From NCBI GenBank assembly GCA_001662655.1, contig KV460209.1: a stretch of DNA of 64,000 nucleotides, one strand, 5' to 3'. The position numbers and the translations under genes are program-made. The stretch is from Pseudogymnoascus verrucosus (lineage: Eukaryota). Of the stretch, positions 44,808-57,299 are shown piece by piece. The notes below the pieces were generated by a model. It was not told where the DNA came from, did not search any database, and saw only the letters and a program-made list of their open reading frames with translations. How positions within the stretch are numbered: the stretch's first letter is position 1; every line of letters starts with the position of its first letter.

Positions 44808-44958
44808 AGATCGACCAGACTAGATATGCTTGCAGGGTGAAATGGGAATTGATGGGAAAGGGGTTAACGTGTTATTAGCGAATGTAAGAATGTAAGAATG
44901 GTGCAGGTTTGGACTAGAAGAAAATCAATATTGTCTATTTATTCTATCTTCTCTTTGT

Positions 44959-47900
44959 TCATTTCTCTAAGAACCTTTTCCGTAGGCTATCCTTCCAAAC
45001 ATCCATATCCACCCATTCACCCCGCACTGTCACATATATTAGTAATTGTTCTCCTATGAGTGATTTGGGGGCGTCATTTCTAAAGCCACTGCAAAGAAAA
45101 GACGTATCCCACGACAACGTAAAACAAACTTAAAAAAGGAGGCATTTAGCACAAGCAATAACTTACAGAATAGCTTCCCCACTTGCCAATTCTTCATTAG
45201 CTCTTCCGATGGTGCTGGAACCTCATACCAATCATGTCGCGGTGAGCAGACAGGACCTTCGTACGTATTGTTGCGCAGTTTAGTGTAGCAATCTATGCAG
45301 AACCCATACATGCAGTGGTAGCATACATAATGCTTTTCCCACTGTCCCGGCTTAAAATCGTTCCAGCACCCGAGACATTCGACTTCCTCAACAGTCCAAG
45401 ATAGTGTCTGGGGGGAGATTGATGTCTCCTCGATCTTTTTCTCGTCCTTTTCGCTCTCCGCCCTCGACATGTTGTTACTGGGGGCTAGCCGAATTTGAAT
45501 CGTGCTCTTGCTTCCCTCATGCTCCGTAGTTATTATGTCCGTCCGCTTCGCCCATAACTGAGCGAGCATCACTCTATTAGCCCATGACAGATAGAATATG
45601 TCAACAGCCTCCTCCGGTCCAATAGCTGACGCTACCACTTGGAAAAGAACTGAAAACGCAACAAAATCATCGGCAGCGTCATCATTGTCAAGTATTTCTA
45701 GACAACCTTTGACTACCTCTGCATATTGAGTCATGGCATCATCCATCCGACCTACTAGCTTGTAGTAGTTCCCTAGGTACAAGTAGCAGATACTGTGGCC
45801 CATGAATGCCACGGAGCTTTTTATAAGGTTTTTCTCATAAAGGTCCATGTCAAGCTCGCGGTCCGCATAACTAGGAACATTATCGTCGACCACCAGACGT
45901 AGTTTTCGCTGGACTAGATCTTCGAGCTGGCGTCCATATTCTTGACCCGCCTCTGAGAGAGGCCCGTCGTCCTCAATGGCCTTCCAAATTAGGTAAGAGC
46001 CAAGATAACATTTCGCATTCACCAAAGACCGCACCAGCATCAAGTCGATGCGAGTATCCCCATATATGTCGAGAATGCGCTTATAGATCTCGGCGCCTTC
46101 GTCGTGCCGATTTATACCTTTGTCATATATGACAGCTATGCTAAGCTCCAAACTCACAGCGACAACAGTTCTGTGCTCCTTTTTCGCGGTTTGTATGGCG
46201 GTATTATAGGCTGTTAGAAGCCACTCTAACTTCTGGGAATAGAGGGCCGCCACCGCGATGTATTTGAAGTCCTCTTCGTCCTGGGTCCATATACCAGTTA
46301 GAAGGGCCTCTATCAAGCCTGTGTACTCTTTATCGGGGAGCTGCACGTCCATTCTAGTTAGTGTGGCTGTAATTTTGTCGAAGTTTTGACGAAACCAGAG
46401 TAGCGTAATCAATTTTCTCAGGCAGAGGTAGCACCGCATGTCATAAGACGTGGCCTTTTCAAGGTACGCAATCTCCTGATCCTCGTTTTTGAGCTCTCGG
46501 TAGCAAATCGCAAGGCGATGACAGACTTTGTGTAGATCGATATCCCATTTCTTGGACTCATTCGCATCCTGTTCCTTGTGCAATGCTTCAAGCTCTTGGT
46601 ACATCTCAACATCAAGCTCCACTGCTGTATTATACTTGCACATCTCCATGTACAGCCACGATTTGCTATGTCGGATAGGCCACTGCTCTTCTTTTGGAGC
46701 GAGTGAAGTCGACGTTTCCAAATGCTCCAATGCTTGGGTATAATGTCCAAGGTCTCGAAGCGTAGCACCTAATCGAAGGTGCCAAAGGGCATCCTGATCT
46801 AGCGAAAGCCAATTTGCACATTTCAAAATAGTTTCATCAGAGACTAAACCTGGTTTTGGCTCTTCGCCGCTCCGAAAGGCCATAAAACCCGCCACTGCCC
46901 TAGCATCTAACAGCCAGTCTCCACTACTTGTAGCAAGCCACCGTTTGCCAATCCGACGAATGACATTGCTAATAAGATCAGCGTCATTTTCGGCGGTTGC
47001 GAGGCTGTACCATTCCTTTATTTCCGGGACCGGTGAACTCTCAAGCCAGAGCTTAAGGAGGTCAAGGCTGTCGCGGCTGGTGAGTTGGGTGTTCCAATTT
47101 ACATCCGCAAGGCCTGGGCTCCTTGTCAACACAGACATTAGGCCATGGGCAATGGCCTTCTTCTCCTCTTCGCTCGTTTTAGTAATATCAATTTTTCGGA
47201 GCAATTCCAGCCAAACTGAGGCCACATATGACCTCAACTCCAATGCTACTGGTTCTTTAGGGCTGCCTGGCTCGCAAGACATGATATCTAAACACGCACA
47301 GAAAACCCGAACCCTCGCATTTCTGATATCAACTCCAGCTGGCAAGGTATTCTGCCCGCCTGAGACTGGGCCTTCGTTTTCATCATGGAAAAAATCACCA
47401 AATGAGGCGTGGCTAAACGTAACCTCCGTTGTAAGTGGGTCAGAGTCTGATTCATCCGCGGGTTCATCCCAGTATTCGTCCTCGGAAGCGCTTTGAGAAC
47501 ATAATTTTCCGTCCTCGTCTATGCTCGAAGTCTCCGCGCCGTGCTGAAGTTTCTGGAGATCAGCTGTACTAAGTCCATCCTGTCTTATTAGTGTGAAGAA
47601 TGATGCAAATTGGGTGCGAAGGGACCTCTCAAGCCCAATCATGCCCTCTCCGCTGTCAGATCTCCATTTCAGCACGCTGTTGATCTCCGCTAGCTTCAAC
47701 GGTCGAGCTGCGACGGCCACCCATATGAGGATCTCGTTAAAGTCATGCAACACATCAGGGGATTCTCTAAGAGAGATTGAGTATCCTTCGAGTACGTGCC
47801 GGATCATTTTGTATAGTCCACGGGGGGCTTCTTGAAGAGCTTTGCGTATAACTCCCTCCCCACGCATTTTCAAGATGTCGGTGAATATTAAATTCACCCA

Positions 47901-49545
47901 GGTGAACTATCAATGTCATTAAGTTAGCCAAACGTCCAGTTTCAGCAAAGTAAAATGAAACCTCTTACCATGCCTTGAGCTTTCTTTGAGAGTTGAGTAA
48001 TGATTTCATTTAATAGCACCTTCGAAGATTTCCTCAGATACACAGCTTTAGAGATAGTGCTCCGTATGTACCGCCTAATATCCTGCGAGTTAGTTTCCGC
48101 AGTAACATGTATTGTTGGCACATCCGGCATGTCTAAATATTGCTCTATATCGTCCATCACTTGCAGGCGCCCAAACATAACTAGTTGTATCTGACTGGAT
48201 TGGCCAATATCTTTAGCCAGTTCGAGGAATTCAGCGCGTTCTTCCTGAAAAGCCTCGTCGAGCCCATCAAGAACGATGAATATTTTTCTTCTTGGAGGCT
48301 GCGTAGTGTCATTATCCTTAAAGAAGGAAATAAATAGCCTTTGCCATACTTTATATAGACTTGAAACATCTTCGGGCGTGTCACAAGTCGCTAGGATATG
48401 CCTCGCATACGCCTGATCACCCTGGCTAATCATATAAGCAATGTCTCGTAGGCCTTGGTGAAAGGACCGCGTGCGAGGATTGTCGTCTTTAAAGAAGAAG
48501 TACCCGATCGAGACGGTGGATGTGTCTTCATGTCTCTTTGGGTATGCAGCAACAAGATCCGTAATGACATTAGTTGCAATGTATGACTTTCCTGCTCCTG
48601 GGTTGCCTGATATCCAGAGGATCGGCTTTTCACCTCCTATCCATGCTTTGAAGTTGGGTTCGTCTCTAATCCAGGCTCCAGTTTCGGAAACTCGATTGCG
48701 CTTAAAAGTGTGATACATTTCATCAGGGCGGCCAGACGGGTCAAGTATATCCCTGATCTTTCGTAGGGGGTTTTGATCCTGTGCTGCATGCGTAGATTGT
48801 GAATTGGCTAAATTAGATACGTCAATGTGGAGCTTGTCCACCGCGATCGCTATGCCCTTCACTTCAGATAGCGTCTCAGCGCCAACAATGGCTTTCTCGC
48901 TATCAAACAGCTTGCTTAGTTTTTGCATGGCCTCTTTGCCTTCATCCGTTGCCCCGATAAGGCTCTTGCCGAAAGAGACGAGTCTCCCACGCTTCATCTC
49001 CTTTTGTGATATCGCGAGGATCTCTAATATGACAGCCAAGATTTCGGCCATTTTACCCCCGAGCCCTCGAGACATTAAATGGTGTGCATAAGTCTCAAGG
49101 CGGACTGTAAAGTCCTGCATCGGTTGTATTAGTGGTCGGCTGTTGGCTTATGAAAATTATAGAGAAATAGATGTTTCACCTTCAAAGTCTCCAGAACTTC
49201 CACGATCGCATCGTACTTTTCCGAGACTCCTTTCGCTGCCCCTATCAGGTACTGGACGGCTGCAAACACAAAAATGCTAGGTGGAAACGCCATTGAGGCA
49301 GCTTCACCTGCAGCAGCACCCACCAGTTCGATCGGGCCCATGGCTGCTGATAAGGCGGCGTACAAGCCATGGCGTTTTTGTCTAAAGTCAGCGAATACCT
49401 TGTTTTGGTCTTCTATAGCGTCTCGTAGCTCGGTCACAGTTGTCAAGCTTCTAATAGAGGGGCCATCTAGCTTTTTATTCGTGACATCTTCGTATCGACG
49501 AATGGCAGCCTCCCAGATCTTTGGAACCTGGTTCGGTTCTGCCAT
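44959..49545 (-). CDS. Fungal NLR-like STAND protein: Goodbye-type N-terminus, NACHT, TPR-like repeats, C-terminal ZZ-like zinc finger
   Basis: N-terminus IWEAAIRRYE...FADFRQKR...AFPPSIFVFAAVQYLIGAAKGVSEKYDAI; Walker A WISGNPGAGKS; Walker B IVLDGLDE; AQGMFTWV; TPR-like WHLRLGATLRDLGHYTQALEHL; CLGC...CYHC...CIDCY...CSPRHDW; final intron 45166-45027 gives ...VWKDSLRKRFLEK*. Confidence 0.88.
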
Positions 49546-50657
49546 TGTGGGACAAGACTACCGACCCGTTACACCAAGTGGACACCCAACGTTCAGGTAC
49601 TTGGCGGCTCCTGTCGGCGGACGGTTCTCGGTGGTTCTAGAAATTCATAAATCTCAACAATCAGATTTCTATAGCAACCTCCAGAAATTATGCTACAGAT
49701 CCGAGTTGAAGGAATTGTGTGCATGTGCGAGCCCATCCCTTGAAGACCTAATTGGACAACGCACAATGCGTCGGCTCGGAAAATCGAACCCGCGAAAAAG
49801 AAGCTCCGCCCCTGTCAACACAATGCTTACCAGCTTAATCGAGGTAGTCACAATCACAAATAGGGGCAAGGATGCTTAGCTCACCGTGCTTTAAAGCTTG
49901 AAGTAACAAGGGTAAACAAAGTTTAAGAATGCCGAGATGATTATGGCCCTTCATGTCGCAATCTTCTCCAGCACTCACATTCCCTTCTAATCGTTATTCT
50001 ACTATTGCCATTTTTTGCTAGGGTCGCCCCAATGCGCCTACGTTCCCGTTTTGGGCGGAATCTCTCTAGCTTTACCACGTGGACTGGAAAACTTCGTCCA
50101 ACGTTTCCTTATGCCTTGTATAACCGAAATACGTTGAGAAGTTCTAGACGTATAACGTAATATTTGAGACGTTTACTAAGAAGAACCTTTGTTAATCCTT
50201 GATAGGACCCAGCGCTACACATACCTCATCTCTACTCGATCTACTTTACGGAGTACGCACCCACTCTCTTCAACCACTACTTAAACGCATCGGAGTGCCG
50301 ATTTCAGAGGGTCGAGTTGTTTATTGTATATAAGTAATCTCCGCGTTTTTTGGTAACCTTGCCTCGCTTGCTCCCGAGTGGAAGGTGCTAAAATCAGAAA
50401 GCGATAAAGGTTTTACGTGCTTGAACACTAAACCATACGTACATACCTTATCTTAAGCTATAGAAGACCTAAACCCCAAAGAGTTATTATGAGCCCATAT
50501 TATTGACGAGCTACAAGAGTTGTAAGTACGACCCTGGGTGCAAATGCAATACGCAACGTGTATTTTGTGTCCCATTCCACAAGGCCATAGCCATTCTAAT
50601 ACCTTGATAGTTCGGTTCAGATCAGGAATTAACAGCCAATCTGCAATCACATTTACA

Positions 50658-51740
50658 ATGTATTTCGCGTCAGACAACTGGGCCGGCGTGCACCCAGCCA
50701 TCTCAGCGAGACTTGCCCAAGAGGGTGGCGGATATGCCCCGGCATATGGCACATCTGGTCTTGACAGCGAGCTTGAGCGGCTCTTCAACGAGATATTCGA
50801 GTGCGAAGTTGCCGTCTTCTTCGTTGCAACAGGCACTGCGTCCAACTGCCTGGCGCTGACCTTGGAATCCAAGCCTGGCGGTGTGGTCTTCGCACACCGC
50901 GAGGCGCACATTATCGCCGATGAGTGTGGTGCACCTGAATACCTCTCTGGCCAGCTGCGCATAGCGACTGTCGATGGCCCAGATGGGAAGATGGATTCTA
51001 GGCTCTTGCGCCGGATAGTCGAGCGATCAGCTGAGAATGATGTTCGCCGTGGTTGTCCAAGCACCATTTCCCTGACACAGGCGACCGAAGCCGGCACAGT
51101 GTACTCTCTCGCAGAGATCGACGCTATTTCAGCTGTGGCGAAGGACTTCAACATTCCACTTCACATGGACGGCGCACGATTTGCCAATGCTCTTGTATCC
51201 CTAGGCTGTACGCCAGCAGAGATGACTTGGAAGCGCGGTGTCGACATGCTATCGTTCGGTGCCACTAAGAATGGCTGCTGGTGTGCGGAGGCAGTTGTGC
51301 TTTTTGACCCTAAAAAGGCCTCTGGGTTTCCGTTTGTCCGCAAGCGTGCGGCTCAGTGTTTTTCAAAGTCGCGTTTCATCTCTGCCCAGTTTCAAGCATA
51401 CTTTGCAGATGGATTATGGCTCGATCTCGCTCGGCAAGCCAATGGAATGGCAACGGAACTTGCTAACATCTTTTCTGGATTGCATTCTTCTCGACTACTA
51501 TCAAGACCACAGTCTAACGAAGTCTTTGTGGTTCTTAATAAGAAAACTATCGCCAACATAAGGGCCAGGGGCGTGGAGTTCTATGAATGGCCTGCCCCGT
51601 CAGACCTTAAAATGACAGATGATGAGCAGCTTTGCCGCTTTGTTACAAGCTTTGCAACAACAGCAGAAGATGTTAGTCGCTTTAGCGATATAATGCAAAT
51701 AGCTAGTAGCGACAGCGAATTTTTATACTCTAAAATATAA
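50658..51740 (+). CDS. Low-specificity L-threonine aldolase (PLP-dependent), bacterial type, intronless
   Basis: MYFASDNWAGVHP, VFFVATGTASNCLAL, HIIADECGAPE, TQATEAGTVY, LHMDGARFANAL, PLP lysine in LSFGATKNG, RFVTSFATT. Confidence 0.92.
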   Translation: MYFASDNWAGVHPAISARLAQEGGGYAPAYGTSGLDSELERLFNEIFECEVAVFFVATGTASNCLALTLESKPGGVVFAHREAHIIADECGAPEYLSGQLRIATVDGPDGKMDSRLLRRIVERSAENDVRRGCPSTISLTQATEAGTVYSLAEIDAISAVAKDFNIPLHMDGARFANALVSLGCTPAEMTWKRGVDMLSFGATKNGCWCAEAVVLFDPKKASGFPFVRKRAAQCFSKSRFISAQFQAYFADGLWLDLARQANGMATELANIFSGLHSSRLLSRPQSNEVFVVLNKKTIANIRARGVEFYEWPAPSDLKMTDDEQLCRFVTSFATTAEDVSRFSDIMQIASSDSEFLYSKI

Positions 51741-51880
51741 ATATATTATCACTCACTAGCATCTACATCTATTCGAGTTCGAAAACTAAACGTCATATCT
51801 GTCATTGGTTATCAAAATAGTAGCTGTGTTCTGCTAAATATATCTCATTTAGATAACACCCCTCAAATCAGCATATTAGC

Positions 51881-53206
51881 TCATACCATCAGCTCAATAT
51901 GCTGTAACTCCCTATAAGATAATTCAGTTAGTAAATTCTCCCCTACCAAGGCATTCATGACCATCACTTACTTTTGCACTTGCTGCCCAACCTTCATAGC
52001 CGGATACACAACCTCCTCGCCCTCATCCTTCCCCAAATTGAACTGTTCTGCCCGCGCCTTCTTCGACTCCTCCGCTAAGCTAGGGATCGGAGCCAGGTCA
52101 AAGTCGGAGTTCAGATGCCAAAAGAATGTCGACGAGATGCGCACGAGCGGCCGCTCTGGAACCTCTACCTTGCGACGCTCGATGACGTCTATCGTCTGCG
52201 CATTCACAACCACCTCGTGGAACCCCGCCTTAATCAGCCCGCCGGTGATGTGCTCTAACTGCTTGCCAGCCTGCACGAGCAGATAGTTTCCAGGAGGGAT
52301 CTTCACGGGGATGCGCTTGCCGGTGTTGCGTGCCCAGATGTGCAGGCCCGGGTAGCGGGAGCGGCCGTGGATAGTAAGGAAGTTAAGGTCCGTGTGGAAG
52401 CCAGCAAGGATGGTGTCTTTGCTACCGTACTTGGATAGATCAGATGCTGTTGGGGCGAGGAGATGCGGTCTTCAAGATGGTTAGAGGGATCATAACTTGC
52501 TTGAGCGGGAAAAGGATGTCTAAAACTCACCCATATGTGCCTTCCTCCTTAAATGTTGATGCTGGTAGCCCCAGACCAACAGCAGTCATTTCAGAAAGCC
52601 CTTCGACTCTATAAAGTGAGAGACTTAGTGACCGAGTTCTTGCGTACGATGGGACGTGACCTACGCGTTCTTCATAGACGACCCCCACTTATCCATCACC
52701 TGAGGCCATTGCTCTCGAATGTGCGGTGCCTCAGGTACGATATTATCTGCATTTAGGGCTGGAAACTTCGTCTCATACGGCGGTGGGCCAGCAGACATCC
52801 TCCAGAAGAAACGACACTTGGGATCGGGCGAATGCCCTGTAATGTCAAGCGGCCGTTCAGCAGGGTCTAGCTTCTCGATGATACGCAAGCATGGTTCGTC
52901 CACCGCACACTTTGGCTTTTCGGTGTTCTCAAGCGTGACGCCAATCTGGTAACCTAGCTCCGGCCGTTCGTCTTTCTTGAGCTCGGCCTCGGGCTGTGCG
53001 AAGTAGTCCTCTAGCAGGTCTAAGAAGGTGATGTTATCTTCCTCGGACACGCGCGAATCGTGCAGCAGAAGCGCGCCATAAGTTATCAGAGCCTGTGCGG
53101 CTTTCTTGCATTCTGCTTGTACGTCGGCTGCGTCCTGTGACCCGTTGAGGAAGATGTCGAGGTCGATGATAGGCAGGCCCATCGAAAGATCTTGTGGGGT
53201 TGACAT
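51881..53206 (-). CDS. 2-oxoglutarate/Fe(II)-dependent oxygenase (IPNS-like)
   Basis: LPIIDLD N-terminus, HxD in GFHTDLNFLTIHGRSRYPGL, distal His GFHEVV, RISSTFFWH; multi-exon from ATG 53206. Confidence 0.87.
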
Positions 53207-53691
53207 TTTGGCACAGGTTCCACTTATACAGTATGTTCTAATGCGCCTAAGGCGTGAGTTAATATCGAGTTGATGCAATTTCAACTGTGAGGGACACAGT
53301 ATCGCGTTTATAAGTTCAGAGTAATTATGCCGCTGGTAAGCGATCGGTCGATGCCGGATTTTAGTCTAGTTATTGACGCGGATTTGGCCGCTTGGTTTAT
53401 CCGGCGTTGAGGTTCCGGTGTGCATCACCAATTTATCTAAAAACCTCACTTTTAAGTAATAAAGAACTTTCAGATAGGCCAACGTATGCTAGTAATGGAA
53501 CATTCCCAAGCTATATATGAAACGTTCATAGTCTTTGGTAGTTGGCCTATAACTACTGTGGCTGCTCTATTCACTAAATATAGCGCTCGAAGCTTGGCAT
53601 ATGAGAGTTACATCTGAGAATCAGCTCTTGGACCGTATCCAACCCGCCATAGGCCAGAGCTACATAGTAATTAATACCATCTCCTCGCTGC

Positions 53692-55430
53692 CTACGCCTT
53701 CTTCTCCGCAGCCTCATCACGCTCCGCCTCCGCCACACCCTTCGCCTCGAACGCTCTCGCCCTTGACTCCAAGTCGGCGTTATAATCGGCCTGGTACTGC
53801 GACTTATCGGTGCCAGGGACGAATATCGGTGCATTGGTGAAGAGATAATTCATCTCCTCAAGCGGAATCTTCTTGGTCTCAGGCAGGATAGCCCAGAAGA
53901 AGAGGGCGTTTGTGAAGTTACAGACGACGAAGACGAGGTAAAAGCGCCACTTGATGGCCGTCATTGCAATGGGAGTGACTTGCCCGATCATCGTGTTGAA
54001 GGCAAATGACATCATGGTGGCGAGCGAGACGCCCTTGGCGCGCGTGCGGGTGTCGAAGATCTCGGCGGGGATGATCCAGGAGAGGGGACCGCAAGTGGCC
54101 GAGAAGGAGAAGTTGTACACCCAGGTCACGATAATGAATCCCCATGAGGCTCCGACATTTGTGGTCTCTCCGGGAGGGAAGTTTGCTGCTTAGGTTAGCG
54201 CTGGCCTGAATACCCGGCTGATGAACTTACCAAGAAGAGCAGTAGCGACAATGAACGTCACCATGTTTGCCAAGTTACCATAAATCAGCGTCCAGCGACG
54301 TCCAAAACGGTCAATAAGTAGGATGCATAGGGCCTGTGCAATCAAGGCGATTACGCTGTTGATAGCCTGGTAGCGAAGCGCAGCGTCAGGAGAAATTCCG
54401 ATCTGCCCGTAGATTGTAACAGAGTAGTACTGGATGGCAGAGACACCAGTCATCTGAACACTTGCTTGTAGAGCAAGTGCAATCAACAAACGCCTGAAGC
54501 ATGAGCGGTTACGGAAGAGCTCGCCGTAACTCTTGGCTTCGTGCTCATGTTCGAAGCTGATGTTCTCCTGGATCTGATCGAACTCGGCACGGACCCATAC
54601 ATCGTTGACATCGCCCTTAGCATGGAGTCTTGCCAATGTCTGGAGACCTTCCTCGCCACGGTCGTTATCAATCAACCATCTCGGCGACTCGGGGAATAGG
54701 AAGATAAGTGCTCCGAGGAAAATGGCTGGAAGGAGTTGAAGACCAAGTGGGATACGCCACTGTCCTTCGTTTTTGATGCCAATGAATGTTCCGTAGCTGA
54801 CCCAGCTAGCAATCAACGCACCGATTCCCAGCATGAACTGTTGAAGGGCGGTGATACGGCCACGGATCGAGGGATGCGAAATCTCAGCTTGGTATAGAGG
54901 GATGATCATGGTAAGGAAGCCGACACCGACACCAGCGAAGAAGCGGCCCGCCCAAAGGAAGGAGAGATTCTGGGCAGCAGTTTGGAGAATTCCGCCAAGG
55001 ATGAAAACGACACTACCGATGACGATAGTCCAGCGACGACCGACATAGTCTGCAGAGGGAGCGGCGAACATGGCACCGAAGAACGCGCCTGCTGTAAACA
55101 GCGAGACGACTGCACCGCTAGGGGTGTGTTAGAGAGGATTGGTACGCGGAAGAGGGCAGTGCATACGTTTGAGCATCGGTAGGTTTGAAGCGGCTTTGGT
55201 AGGTTTCGGAGGCAACTATTACAAGTCAGTGAACGGGCTTCTAGGTCAAGGTGAAGAAGCTTTTTCACTTACTGACTTCCGCGACAACACCCAAATCATA
55301 TCCGAAAGTGATAGAACCTAACGACACAAACACACCCACGAGAAACTGCAATGTCAGTCTAGTCCTCCAGTAGCTATTCCCTGAATTTCGAGTCTCAGCT
55401 CACCTGGTAAACTTTGGGAGGGAGCGCCAT
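53692..55430 (-). CDS. MFS sugar porter
   Basis: DYVGRRW, GRFFAGVGVG, PLYQAEISHPSIRG, PESPRWL, IDRFGRR, WIIPAEIF, LPETK; 5' exons from MALPPKVYQ. Confidence 0.93.
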
Positions 55431-56177
55431 CGTTGCTGTATTCTGTGATCAAGCTGATAGAGCTGCGCTCTTGCAATGGCAGAATAGTATTGAAGGAGAG
55501 CTCTGCACTTATGAGCAACAACACGCAGGAGCTATGACCCTGAGGTTCCGATTATTCCTCTCACATGCCTGTCTTGTCTGCCATAACTGCCATAGTTCCA
55601 TGGCTCGCATGCCTGCTCCCATGCATCCTCCCATCCCGTCCTGCACTAGAGAACTCCGGGGCCAATCGAGCCATCTGGAACCAGTAACTTCCATCAATAG
55701 CGATGCGATATCAATCGTAACCCTGAACCCTGCCGACGCCAACGTATGGTTAACCCACCGGAGAAAGTATTGCCGTGATTGTGGGGTGTGGGGTTGGAGT
55801 TGGGGATTGGGGTCCAGTTTCCATAGATCGACCGAAATAGCGATGACCCTCGGCACACGCGGCCGCCCCCGGAACCTCCTCAAAGGCGGAGATCCAGGCT
55901 CCGTCCGAGGCATGTCACAGCTGTCAAACATCTTGATGAAACACTCATATGCATCTCATGGACACTCATTACTTCCAAGCCTTCATTTCGCACTACTCAG
56001 CTCTCTCTTCAGATCATGTGATTTTGCACATGGTACTCACCACGATATGATACAGATAACCAGGGAAGGAACGCGCGTCTAAATACAGTCACTCGGTCTC
56101 GCAGTCTCTCCATTATCAACAGAAGACTCATCATCTTGCGGGCTTTCTTGCTCTGATATTTTATTCGCCGTCTCAAG

Positions 56178-57299
56178 ATGGCTCCGACGCAATCAAAACT
56201 GGTGTCGCAAAACCCAACTGAGAGGCTCTACTATCTCGATAACTTCCGTACTTACTTAACCGCCCTCGTAATATGCCACCACGTTGCCGCGCCATATGGC
56301 GGTCTTGGAATCTGGTTCTACAGCTCCAAGCTCTACCCGCCCGGATCATCTCCTACTCTCTCGGCATTTAACGCCCTTAACCAGAGTTACTTTATGGGAT
56401 CGTTCTTCTTCCTCTCTGGATACTTCTCCAAGAAGGCACTGAAAAGGAAGGGCGCCAAGTCGTTTCTAAAGACGAAGTTCTTAAAATTGGGTGTGCCACT
56501 AGTAGTTTATACGCTGCTTGCGGCCCCTGCGCAGATTGCCATATTGAAGCTATACAACAAGGAAGTTCTTGGGTGGGATATTCTGACAGACTACTGGAAA
56601 GCGCTAGATGGCGTTAAGGGAACAATGTGGTTTTCAGCCTTGCTACTTATTTTCGACTCTGTAGCCGCTCTATGTCCGTCTATTCCTGCATTCCTGGCTC
56701 AGTCCACTACTCTCCCAAGTTTTATACTTGATATCGGGGCCGCCTGTTTAACCCGCTTGGTCAACCCGACTGGGGCAAAGATCGTACTTCTCAATTTGAA
56801 ACCAGTCTACCTACCACAATATGTGGCATCTTATGTTCTAGGCGCCTCCCTCGAGTCGCCTCCTACTCCACCCGTTACAAAGACCGCCCGCAACGTCCTC
56901 CTGGCTAGCACCATTGTCTCATCCACAGCTTTAGTTGGACTCGGTCTCAACAAGCTCCGGCCCTACAGCGCCAATGCCATACTAGGAGGGACCTCGCTTC
57001 CAGCTCTCACTTACGCTGTATGGAATGAAACGACGGGATATCTTCTCGGCACCACTATCCTCAGACTCTTTAAAACTTCAAAGTGGCTGAATAGGTCATG
57101 GGGCAGCATTGGAAGGTACTCATATGCGGCGTTCTTAGTGCACCCGATTGTCTGTGTGGCGGCACAAGTTTGGACTGATGAATGGCATGCGTTGCCGGTG
57201 GTTAAGGCGACTGTACTTAGTGTTGTGGGTGTAGTGGGGAGCTGGAGCGTGGGATGGGTATTGGTTCGAGTGCCTCGGTGCGGGGCTGTGCTGCTATGA
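56178..57299 (+). CDS. Acyltransferase-3 family membrane protein (OpgC/MdoC-like), intronless
   Basis: RLYYLDNFR...LVICHH, FMGSFFFLSGYF, KLGVP, MWFSALLL, RYSYAAFLVHP; about 10 hydrophobic segments. Confidence 0.85.
   Translation: MAPTQSKLVSQNPTERLYYLDNFRTYLTALVICHHVAAPYGGLGIWFYSSKLYPPGSSPTLSAFNALNQSYFMGSFFFLSGYFSKKALKRKGAKSFLKTKFLKLGVPLVVYTLLAAPAQIAILKLYNKEVLGWDILTDYWKALDGVKGTMWFSALLLIFDSVAALCPSIPAFLAQSTTLPSFILDIGAACLTRLVNPTGAKIVLLNLKPVYLPQYVASYVLGASLESPPTPPVTKTARNVLLASTIVSSTALVGLGLNKLRPYSANAILGGTSLPALTYAVWNETTGYLLGTTILRLFKTSKWLNRSWGSIGRYSYAAFLVHPIVCVAAQVWTDEWHALPVVKATVLSVVGVVGSWSVGWVLVRVPRCGAVLL

Noticed and set aside
55414..56082. 222-aa (+) and 140-aa (-) ORFs between the sugar porter and the acyltransferase
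   Set aside because: Non-ATG starts, no motifs, located in the divergent promoter region
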